Shown here in pieces: positions 10,724 through 21,903 of a DNA stretch of 64,000 bases (position 1 is its first letter; each line of letters begins with the position of its first letter). The notes beneath the pieces were generated by a model. That model did not search any database and was not told the origin of the DNA. It saw nothing but the letters and a program-made list of their open reading frames with translations. The position numbers and the translations under genes were made by a program. Origin of the DNA: Isurus oxyrinchus (lineage: Eukaryota); NCBI GenBank assembly GCA_026770705.1, contig JANJGN010000026.1, positions 36,022,001-36,086,000 on the forward strand, given 5' to 3'.

Positions 10724-11977
10724 ATGGAACTGAGGGAAGTCCTCGGACTGCTGCAGCTTTCTGGGTCACAGCTGCTGTTTGCTGAGGGCTGCTTATAACA
10801 GCGGGTCAGACATTGACACGTGAATCCATTCCGGTGCACGCAGACCCCGAGCACAATCTACATAAACACCATTTAAAATCACTCATATTGAATACTGATT
10901 CCGTCTAGTTAGTGTGTTAATTTTGTGAAGTCAGAATTGGCTATTGTTTGTTTGGGGATTCCTGGAAGCTCGCCACCTGGAACCAGATATGCCCCTGTAC
11001 CGCTGTTATGGAAGAACCGAAGGCAAAGGAATAAATAATGTTTGATTTGAAATATTAGTCTATAGCGTAAACAAAGACCACTAGGAGAGAACTTTAACTT
11101 AAAAGCAATTTACGAATCTTAAAAGTAAGAACCCATAAAATAAATAGGTTCTTATGTTAATCCATCTAGTATTACTACTACCTCCTCCTTCTCTATCACT
11201 TTAAGAGCATCTTCGTATTTGGCAAAGGACGATACAAACTATTCGCTCAGTCCCTCAGCCCTCTGCCTCCATGCATAAATCCTTCTATTTTTATCCGAAT
11301 TGACCATCTATTTTTACTATCCATTTCCAATGCCTAAAGATAATCTTTCGATTCCATTTTTTGTGAGCTGCCAGTCTATTCTCAGACTTAATGCTTGCTG
11401 TTCCTGTTTCTTGTTGTCATTTCCCCCTGAAATTTATGTATCCAGACTGGTTGTCCCTTCTATCATTAATGTGGCATTTTTCATGAGCACCTCTTTTCTG
11501 ATTCATCTGACTTTTTGTTTTCTTCGTCATCCAACGGGATCTGGATATGTTAGTCTTACCATTACCCTTCAGGGGAATGCACCGTGATAGAACCTAAAGT
11601 ACCTTCTTTTTAAAGACAGCCAATTGTTTCATTACAGTTTCCCCTTCCAAAGTTTGATTCTAATTTACTGGCACCAGATTCTTCACATTCCATTGATATT
11701 GCCTTCCCGAAATTAATGGTGTTTACACTAGATTTCTCATTGCCCTTTTCCAGAACTAACATAATTTGAACGATTAGATTATCATTGTCCCCGAAATACT
11801 ACCCCCCCCCCCCCAACACTGACTTAATCCAGTTGACCCACCTTATTTCCAAGAAGCAGGTTCAGCAACGCCATCTTCCTCATGGAAGCGGAGATAGACC
11901 GACTCGAAAATTGCCCTGAACACATTCTAGAAACTCTTTCCTCCTCTCTACCTTTTATATATTGCCAACCCCCGGGT

Positions 11978-12350
11978 GGCTGTGCCATCTATATAGACGT
12001 TTTCTTTACTCAGACCAAGGATAGTGTGTAGCGTCCTATAGCCTCGGTCCCCTGATATACGTAGCTGATGAATGTCGAAGCCCCTGTGAGTGTCTGCCTG
12101 TACCAGGCTAAGCTGCTTCCAATATCAATGGAGAGCAGGCAGTCCAGTTCAACACATTATCCTTCTAGAGTCACCACGTGTTCTGAACTCCACTCCTCAC
12201 ACTAAAGGCTGCGAGCAAAGTAACATTGCTCCAGTGAAAGAGGATATAGGATTGACAAGTGGGGCATCTGATTAGAAAAGTAAACTCACAAAATGTTGTT
12301 AGCATCAGGGCTGCAATTAGAAAAAGGTCTTTGTGGGCGTTTCTATTCAT
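11978..12350 (-). pseudogene. V pseudogene (leader 12350-12290, V exon from 12208), inverted paralogue of the 16705 V
   Basis: Leader MNRNAHKDLFLIAALMLTTF|gtgagt. Exon VELDCLLSIDIGSSLAWYRQTLTGA.. with stops and a frameshift; FR3 end deleted; CACAGCC at 11984-11978. Confidence 0.8.
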
Positions 12351-12949
12351 GATGATGAAGGTGGGCAAAAGACGGATCGATAAGTGTCTGATTTCCAGAC
12401 TGGGACTTGTTGCCGAGCCCAAGACTCTCAATGATGGGAGGAGACGACATCCTTATCGTATAGTGAATGAATGATGGGCGACATTCTAACCGATTGGCTT
12501 CTTGCGGGATGTGGTCATCAGATGTCATAGACTTGCCCTTGAGGATTGACTTTCTCAAAACAAAGAAAACTTGTTCTGTCGCAAGGATGGAATTTTCCTT
12601 TCTCTCTGAGTAGTGACGAATCTAATGGTTTGGGAGGACCTCTGTTTTATTTCAAACTCAAATTCTCACCACCGTCTTCGAATCACAGAATTTAACAGCA
12701 TAATTTGCTCTTCCCCACTCTCTGGCGCTAAACATCAAAACCCTTTGTCCCTTAACTTTTAAAGGCGTATTTGCTTCATATTTCCCTCCCTTGTCCCTCC
12801 AGTTGATATTTACCATGGCGGCCATGTGGCCTCTAGTCACCGTGGTTTTATTGAATGAGATAAATGGAAATGACATTTATTGATTTTCCTTTCACTTCAA
12901 AATCAAGGCAAATACTTCAGCCGGACGGTCTCGCTGGTGGCTTAGTGGA

Positions 12950-13200
12950 GCTGCATGTTTCTCCATTTTGGTGCCAATCAAGCGGGCTGCTTTGTCCTGG
13001 ATGGTGTCAAGCTTCACGAGTGCTGTGGGAGCTGCACTCATCCAGGCAAATGGAGAGTGTTCCATCACACTCCTGACTTGTGCCCTGTAGATGATGGACA
13101 GGCTTTGGGGAGTCAGAAGGTGAGTTATTCGTCGCAGGATTCCTAGCCTCTGACCTGCTCTTGTAGCCATGGTATTTATATGGCTGGTCCAGTTCACTTT
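12950..13200 (-). mobile_element. Non-LTR retrotransposon (CR1/L2 group) RT C-terminal fragment
   Basis: RAGQRLGILRRITHLLTPQSLSIIYRAQVRSVMEHSP; the same family recurs at 41.4-42.0 and 47.1-48.1 kb. Confidence 0.8.
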
Positions 13201-13329
13201 CTGGGGCTTTCCTCTTTGTCAAGATTGGCTGGTCTCTCAGAGCTGCCTAAAGATATATACCAACCAGTGCTAGTTGTGGGTTAATTATTGATGTCTCCAG
13301 CCCAACCTTTTCCTTGCCTAGCTGTGTGA

Positions 13330-13484
13330 GTAAGATTCTCTGTCTGTCTGTTTGTCTCTCACTCTCTCCATCTCTATTGATGCTTCGGTGTCAATCCATC
13401 TCTTCAACTCTTCCTCTTTCTCACTCTTTGACTCAATATTTGCAGCTCTCTCTCCCTCTCCTGTTCCCCCCGCCCCTCCCTCCC

Positions 13485-13527
<43 letters not shown>

Positions 13528-13750
13528 CCTCTATCTCTCTCTCTATCTCTCTTCTCTCACTCCCCATCTTTCTATTTGTCGTGCTGTCACCCATTTTACT
13601 TATGCAGCTGTGTTTCCCTTGAAACTCTCTCTCAGCATTTTTCTTTCAATGCTTCTCCCTTTATATCTGTCTTACTCTCTGTTTAACTCGTAGTTTTTCT
13701 TTCCCCCTCACTCTCCCTTTCTCTCCACCCCATTCCCCGCCCTCTCTCTT
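13330..13750. repeat. CT-rich low complexity / (TC)n microsatellite
   Basis: (TC)n tract ~13488-13560 within a pyrimidine-rich stretch. Confidence 0.85.
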
Positions 13751-13789
13751 CAGTGACATTTGAAGCATAAAATAACGGAAGTCGTTTTG

Positions 13790-14253
13790 GGTCCCTGTCA
13801 GCACTGCCACAGTCAATGAGCTCCATTACCAGTCAGAGCGGGAGGAGGTGAGGGGCACGGTTAAGTGAACATGATTGTGCACCGGTGAGATGTCTTTGAA
13901 AATGTAACTTGAAGCCTTAACAGAACACCCAAAAATTGGTTCCTGCAGAAACTGATTCTGTTATTCATTCAAAAATCTACAGGTCTCTACTAATACTATG
14001 GGTTGAAGTATCCGAATTTGACCGTAACTTAAAGTGATTGAGAAACTACACTTCTCCTTATCCTGAAGTTGGTGATTTAATCAGAGGACTGCTTTCAGAT
14101 CAGGATGGATTTCTCCTTTATTTTCTATGTAAATTCCCCGGTACTCTTCTGTTGGGTAATTATGCAATAATGGGGGAATATTGTGGGGGAGCCGCAATAT
14201 TGCAGACCAGTGATCAGAGCAATAACCAAAAATTGGTAGAACTCCACCTCCAT
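13790..14253 (-). pseudogene. Very degenerate V relic with recognisable leader (14253-14208)
   Basis: 46-nt leader MEVEFYQFLVIALIT|gtctgc. Remnants SITLSY (SITLSC), tattagtagaga (YWYR) and TVPLTSSR..gactgtggcagtg (YCAV). CTCF-like motif at 14408-14426 upstream. Confidence 0.45.
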
Positions 14254-16704
14254 GGTGCCAGCCTGAGCTCCAGAATCAGAATCTTTAATCACCGAGGGAA
14301 AAAGGAAACTTAAACATCGCCAGGATCTCAACTGTTAAGCGGGAATTTACATCTCGTCGAGCAACCACTCCATTTAGCTGGGATCTTGAACATCATCAAG
14401 GGATCAGAGAGCGCCTTCCACTGGAGAGCACCTGCCTCACCGAGAATTTTGGAATTCCGCACAGATTCATATAGATAAACACATATTTACACACACGCGT
14501 GCACAGAGAGATAGCCACAGTAGGTCACCAAACAAGAGGTTGCTGTTGTTTTAATTAGTTAAAGTGCAGAAACCGTGGAATAGCAATTTACCTCACATCA
14601 TCACTGGAGGCTTATTCGTGATTTTGGTGTTATCACTGCCGCAGACCAATTTCAAAGTCAAGAGGTACTGGCAGACGAGGGAGCCGTTTGTCCCATCTTA
14701 ATTTGTCCTTCCAGACATCCTGACATCCCTACAATTCTGGTTAGTTATTACTAAGGATATTCCAAATGTTCGGACTGTGTCTCTTTGTGTGAAGACCTGT
14801 TCAACCAGCGTTCACTCTCTGTCCGATCAACAACCATTTGGTAATAGTCCAGAAATGCTGTTTTCGTTTTTCCTCTCAACCCAAACACTTCAAACTGAAG
14901 AATCAGCCCCCTGTATCACCCCTGAACTCCTGCCAAGCTTCAATCACCTTATTCGTGCTTGGCAGCGAGAACTAGAGACAATGCTCATGGAGTATGGTTC
15001 GACTACAATTTTCTATGTTTCATTTAGGACATCTTCTGACTTGTGTCCTTGTTGGCTCGATGTTAAACATCCCATTGGTGTTGTTCACTTCTCTACTGAA
15101 TTCACTACCCACATGGGAGATGATTTCAGTGGGATGCACCAAACAAGGCGGGCGACATTTTTGAGGTGTCACGTAGGGAGGTCCAGACATTGGAGGGTTC
15201 GCTTACAGATGAACAATAAGAACCAGAATTACCATCGACGCCCGAATGTCGAGGATGTATGTTTTCATTGTTAATTAAACATCATTTTTATCATTTGCTC
15301 GCACTTCAAATGAAATCGATAAAAATGCAATATTTACAAAATTTGCAACCATGTTCAGCTAAGTGCCTCACGTAGCAGCTGCCCCCTCCATTGTAAAGTA
15401 AATTTTTAAAATAAAACATTTCAGGAACTGATATCGATAAACATATTTACCAGTTTACAACCAAAGGTGGCGCGTCTGCCCAACTCGGTATATTCATACA
15501 GATAGAGGAGAGAAAGGGCAATCAGTGACCGTCAGGAGAACAAATGTGGTAATGGTCCAAAGTACAACCAAAAATTTCTGTCTCTCTCATACAAAAAAAA
15601 ACACAAAATGTAAAGTAGATGAAATGAGAAAGGAAATAAGAATGAAATATTAATTTAAAGATTTAAAGTATTCATCTAAAGTAAAGAACGAGAAATAATT
15701 CAGGATTCAGGTGCTGGAAGTGGGGAACAAGCTGCTGATTGCCTTAAAGAGCTAAATAATCTGAAGCTGTAAACAGGGATGCAGAATGTAAAACACAAGA
15801 AGACAAGGGTAAAGCTGTACATATTATTGGTGAGAACACAATTCAAATTCTTGGACCAGCTTTAGAAATCTTCTTTCGCTTGCTGTTAACCTCAAAGTCA
15901 GAGTGTGGAACAGACATAGAAAGATGAAGCAGAGGAGAGCAGAAGGTGATAATCCAAATACCTGAGCAACTTTTCACTATGACAGATAATATTAAGAAGT
16001 GGTCCGACATAACTGTATCCAATCAAGGAAGGTTTCAAAAGGTTAAAAAGAAATAGAGTTCATCCAACTGTTCACTCAGTAGTCGGTCGATGGCGTAATT
16101 TATCGCCATTATAACGGAAAATGTTTTTCTATTTTGAGCAGTGGACTGTTAGAGGATATGATGGTTCATGAGAAATGGCGACTGAGGCAGAATTTATAAG
16201 TAATATATAAAGACAAATGAATAAATATTTGACCAGTAAAAGGAAATTTACAAAGACAAATATGCAGACCCCAGGCAGATAATTAAGAATAAATGGATAA
16301 GTCTTTCAGAGAGCCAGCACATAGTGGGCCAAAGTGCTTCTCTTTGTGCTTTAAAACTCTATGATTCTAATATGGTGAAAGGCTCTTTTCAGTTTGAAAG
16401 ACAAGAGAGAACAAATCTAATGAAATGATTTAACCCGTTGATACACTGGAAGCAGAGAACTTCATGAGCGGTGACAGTTCAAGAAACCACAAATCATTCA
16501 GTGGCACCGTAAGTAACGTCAGATAACGACATCTCATAACAGCCCAATCGGTGAGAATGTAGCCCATCAGTGTCCCACTCTACAAGGAGAATGTGAAGCT
16601 CTCCCCTCTCTTCCTCCACACCATTGAGAATCCTGGACTCGGCAGCAAACCTCAGTCTGGAAATCAGACTCTGATTGATCCTCCTTTGGTCCATCTTCAT
16701 CATC

Positions 16705-17139
16705 ATGAACAGAAAACCCCACAAATACCTGTTTCCAGTTGGAGCCCTGTTGCTGTTGCTATTGTGTGAGTTTATTTATCTCATCAGAGGTATTATTTTA
16801 ACAATCTCTTATTACCGTGTGGTAGTTGAGTGACCTCGTTTTGTTCACTGCCGTTCAGTGTGAAGATCAGAGCTCCCACCCTGAGCAGGTGCTGTCTCGG
16901 GAAGGGGAACGGATTGAATAGGATTATCAGCTCTCGGTTGAATTTGGTTATTCCATAGCCTGGTACAGACAAACACCGACAGGGGCTGCGAAACGTATCG
17001 CCTCTATTCACCAGGGGAATATGGCTTAAGGACGTTACATATTTTCCTTTGACCGAGAGAAGACGCTCAATATCTTGTCTATAGGTAACACTGAGGTCCA
17101 GGGCGTCAAAGTTCATCATTGTGCGACAGGGACACAGTC
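16705..17139 (+). pseudogene. V pseudogene (leader 16705-16765, V exon ~16851-17132, heptamer CACAGTC 17133-17139)
   Basis: Leader MNRKPHKYLFPVGALLLLLL|gtgagt; acceptor mutated (cactg). Exon EQVLSREGERIE*DY..IAWYRQTPTG..*GRY..VKVHHCATG; nonamer decayed. Confidence 0.82.
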
Positions 17140-17550
17140 AGGCAAAGGCGGATTCTGCTGTCCAATCTCTCTTGTTAACCGCTGTGTGTCAGCTGTACCA
17201 TTAACCTTTCCCCAAGCCAGGGCCTTTAGAAAGGCTGGTGATATTCAGAAATGTTACGTCCCCATATACAAACTTAAAGTTACAACATCCTTTAGCTGGC
17301 GTTACAGATGCAGATATCGAGACATATTAAGTAAAATTTTCTGAGTGGTTGTTCAACAAACAAGATGTAGAGGTGGACAGAAAAACAATTCTCGCTCTCA
17401 GATACTTAGATAGAGGTGCGAGAGAAAGATCGATAAACAAGGGAATAGGTATATAGACAGACAGACAGCTGGATGGGTAGATAGATAGACAGAAAGAGAT
17501 TCAGAGGGTCAAGCCGAAAGGCAGACGAATAGATTGATAGATAGGTGGAT

Positions 17551-17706
17551 NNNNNNNNNNNNNNNNNNNNNNNNNNNNNNNNNNNNNNNNNNNNNNNNNN
17601 NNNNNNNNNNNNNNNNNNNNNNNNNNNNNNNNNNNNNNNNNNNNNNNNNNNNNNNNNNNNNNNNNNNNNNNNNNNNNNNNNNNNNNNNNNNNNNNNNNNN
17701 NNNNNN
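17551..17706. other. Assembly gap (156 N)
   Basis: Run of N, preceded by GATA/GACA low-complexity sequence. Confidence 0.99.
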
Positions 17707-20264
17707 CCGAAGTCCACAGGCACTTTATTTAATTCTGCTTTCATATATCATGAAATTAATTTGATTCTTGGTTTGGAAGCTGCTCTTTGTCCCTCGGAGA
17801 CATTTTAGATATCGATGTATCAGAGAACTTTCGGGCTAGAACTCGTATTCTGATACTGACAATTCTCCAATTAAGCTCCCGAGTATCTTATCTTCACATA
17901 CAGAGATGGAGGAGTTGGGAGAAGGTTTAAAGTATCTGTGATCCGTGAGATCGTCTCCACCGCTGTCACTGTTAACACGGTTCAGCTGTCAGGCCCTACC
18001 ACATGTTAGAGAGCAGTGAGTCATCGTGAAACGCAGAGCCAAGGAGCATATATGAGAACTTACTGGGCATGGAGACTGAGGAGACAACAAGTCACGGGCT
18101 TCAGAAGTGAGAGATACAGAAATAAAAGTCTTTAGAAATGTAATTTAGATATGCAAATACATCATCTGTGTAAGTTGATAAAACAAAATATTATTTCGAA
18201 TTATTTAGAAGTTGCAAGTTCATTTATTTCACAATTTCGCGCATAATCAACGTTCTTCGAACCAGACTCTTTCTGCCTTTCATTTGTGCTGGAGTTGCAC
18301 TAGGAGTGTGGTACAGTCTAGAGGGAGATTCGCCCTGTAGTTGATCCCTGTTCTATCTGCCCTGTAATTGTTTGTGGGATAGTGCAGAGTACTGACTCGG
18401 AATAAGAGTGGTTGAGCAGTGTAGAAGGAGATTTTTGTATCATAACTGTTTAAAACCTGTCCTGACAGTGATTCATAGGGTTGTGTAGAGGGAGAATTTA
18501 TCGGTTGAGTAACCAATGATGATCCTGAGTGATATGCTAGGTTGGTGAGCAGCACTGACACACGAACATAGATACACACACATACACAAACACAGAAATA
18601 GCAAAATACCTATCACATGTGATTGATGGATCTATTCAATTTTGATTTGTGACCGCCTTTGATCCTTAAGGAATTGGGAAGCGCTTTTTTTACGAAATTG
18701 CAAATAATATAATCGTGGAAATATATAATATAAATATAATGGTGGAATTATTAATGTGAATGCAAATGAGCATATATTGTGTTAATCGATTTGGCACACG
18801 AGAGAACTGAGACAATTAATTTCACTATTTGTGCAAAAGAGCAATAGCAGCGAATGGAAAAGACTAAGGAGGGAAGCTATACTAATAGTAAAATCAAAAT
18901 AATAGCATTCATTGCAACCTCACGTAATAATGATTCAGCAAAATCATGCTGCAATATTTGGGTCGAAATTCAGTCATTGCTTTCCGCAGGTTTCCACTGG
19001 AAGGCACTCCAGCACTTCAGCTTTGGCCAAAACTTACAAACCGTCAGTTTACTGGTGCCATGGACATAACAGGAAATACTTCTGTTCCGTGACACTTCAC
19101 TTCATACAAAGGTACATTCAGGGCAAGAACTTAAACATAATTTGCAGGTGTTGTGGCAAAGGAGGGTTAGACAGTGAGCTCTGGGAATCATTGCATTTCA
19201 TGGTCCAATGGCACTGGGTAGTCCGAAGAAAAGGACTCACAAACCCTTCATTCAGATTGGTTTCTCAATGATTCATAAACAGATGTTAAGACATTCTGAT
19301 CATTTTGTACCTTAATTAAATTTTTATTATTGGGTACGAATCGAAGTTTTCCAGGAACTACCACCATTCCTTTATTCCCGATATTCTCGGATTGACAAAA
19401 CCTCCTGACAAATAATTGTACATTCCCGCCTTCCTCTGTGTAAATAACATTCCCTGCATTACAATATCGACTATACTTGAAAACAAATTCAGCCTTGTCG
19501 CTTTCTGAAATCCTGAGGACGTAATATGTGGTGGAGAAGTTGGGGTGAGTCTTTTAACAATCTCTGAGAGGGAAGTGGGATTGGTCCCTCGTTGTGAGCA
19601 CTGTTTAGGGACAAAACGTGTTGTATGAAAGTATAATCATTCATGCTTGTATTGTGCTCGACCAATTCCCTGTGTGTACGTGTGTGTGTGTATGTGTTTA
19701 TGTGCGTGTGTGAAAATAAACCATGTACGTATGTGTTGCATTATGCATGTTGCATATTTCGTATGTAGAGTACATGTGTGTATAAAGCACAAAGCACATC
19801 ATTGTGAATGAAGCTGGTAATATCGCATTAGACCCTGACCCTGCCTTATTTCATACCGTGCAAGGCAATGCCTTTGTTTACGTCACACAAGATCCGTTTT
19901 CAATTATTATTGTACTTGAGTGTGTCTCTGTTTACGTAATGCAAGTCCCTGTCTCAGTTCTCTATGAAATAGAAAATGTCCCCTTTTATATGATATTAGT
20001 TTCCGTATCTGTTATTGGCTTATTAGGTCTTGCCTCTATTACATTAAATCACCACGTTTTGTGAGATTAGATCTTATTCTGTGATTAGGTGAGGACACAT
20101 TTTGGCTCCGTTCATGTTACACTAGACTGCTGTTTTGTTCCTGTCACTCTAGGCTGTACCATGTCACTGTTTATAGTAGACCTGACTATCTCGTTGACAT
20201 TCTGTGTTTCAAACCTCACACACCCGTCCACACTCTCTCGCCAAACATAGAACAATGCGACTAT

Positions 20265-20830
20265 GGGACTTCGAAACAGGAGTAGGCCATTCAACTCTTA
20301 GAGCCTAATCTACCATTCTGTACATTCATGGATTATCTGCTTGTCGTCTCAACTCCACATTTCCATCTGCTACTTAATTTCATTGTCCATCAAAAATCTG
20401 TCTAACTCTTGGTATTAGTACAATATAATTCATCCTTGAGTACATTTATTGCTCACCCTCCACTGCTTTCTGGGAAAGAGAATTTCACATACCAACGACT
20501 CACTGAGAGAAAAACAAATCACCTCATCTCCGTGTTAAAGGCAAGCCTCTTATTCTTACAATGTACTCCTCCTTCTGGTCACTCCCATAAGTTGAAACAT
20601 CCTCCCGGTATCCACCCTGTCAAGACCCACCGCCACCCCCCTCCCACCCTCCCATCCCCATCCCCCACTCCCCCGCCCCACCACCACCACCGCCCCCCCC
20701 AACCCCCCGCCCGGCCACCCTCCGCCTCAGGATCCTATACATTGCAATAACTTCATCTCTCATTCTTGTTATATCCACTGGCTACTGAACCAAACTATCA
20801 AATATTTCTTCATTAGAAAAGCCCCTCATC
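20265..20830 (-). mobile_element. CR1 LINE 3' fragment
   Basis: caggagtaggccattcaactc.. tail and reverse-strand ORF2 end. Confidence 0.65.
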
Positions 20831-21384
20831 CCAAACAACGATGGACTGATGGATAGTTTTGAGTGATAAGAATGAGATTAAGGACCTGTCGCTGCACAAA
20901 TTTGCTTTAACGTTTCTCAGAAAGAGAAAGACTGTTCGGGTGGCCTGAGATCGCTGTTTACATCTGTAAGGTAAAGGAGCAGATCAGTTGGTCTCTGCGT
21001 GTATGCTGGGTTTCTGAAAGAGCAACCCAGCTACTTATTGTTACTTGCTCTTAACAAAATTCCCCCTAGTATTTATTAAATTAATTTTTGAAACCTACGA
21101 TTCAACGTGCGTCCAGCTCGCATTCAGGCTGCAGAATCCAAGTCACAATTCACGGCTTAAAAAAACACTTCCCATCCCATCACATACTCTGTTTTAAGTG
21201 TAAAGGGTAATATGAGTGGAAATTGTCTCCGTGAAGTGCGAGAAAGAAAGAAAGATGAAATAATGAAAAAAGTGAAAGAAAGAATGAATGAAAGTAAAAA
21301 AGAATAAAAGGGTGGACGAAAGGCAGGAAGAAAGATGGAAAGAAGCGACCTCAGGATTTCCCAAACTACTTTGCCGCCAATTAA

Positions 21385-21730
21385 GTCTTCCCCCAGTGTA
21401 ATGTGGGAAACACGTCAGCAAATGTGCACAGAGCAAGCTTCCACAAACGTAATTGGAAAAATCATCAGATCGCCAGTTAAAGTCATGTTAAATGAGGGAC
21501 AATTATTGTAACAACTCGGGTAAGCTTTTCCTGCTCATTTTTGAAATTGCGACCGTGGGGTATTGACGTTCCACCTGTGAGGGCAGATACTCAGCGTGGC
21601 TTAGTACCACATCCAGAAAAGTAGAAAATGCGATAGTTCAACCTTCATTTAGTGCCACAGGCGTACTTTCAGCACTGGAGTATGGACCTGACATCTCTCA
21701 AGTAAGGGAGCTACAGCTCAGGATATTCAT
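21385..21730 (-). mobile_element. Deu-domain SINE (SacSINE1/AmnSINE-like)
   Basis: tgtaatgtgggaaacacgtcagcaaatgtgcacagagcaagcttccacaa resembles the reverse-complemented Deu domain (recalled, not searched). Confidence 0.55.
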
Positions 21731-21903
21731 GTTTTGGAGAAAGAGGGCGACAGAGAGAGGGAGGGGGTGGTGAGCGAGGGGGAGAGATAGAGAGAGAGAG
21801 GGGGAGAGAGAGAGAGAGGGAGAGAGAGGAAGAGAGAAGGTGTGTGGGTGGTGGGTGGGATATGGAGCGCTGCTACAAAATGAACCACTGTGATGCAAGT
21901 GAA

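Noticed and set aside
14777-15274. 165-aa ORF
   Set aside because: No recognisable domain or splice context; partly resembles decayed reverse-strand LINE sequence.
17406-17808. ORFs spanning the N run
   Set aside because: Artefacts of the assembly gap.
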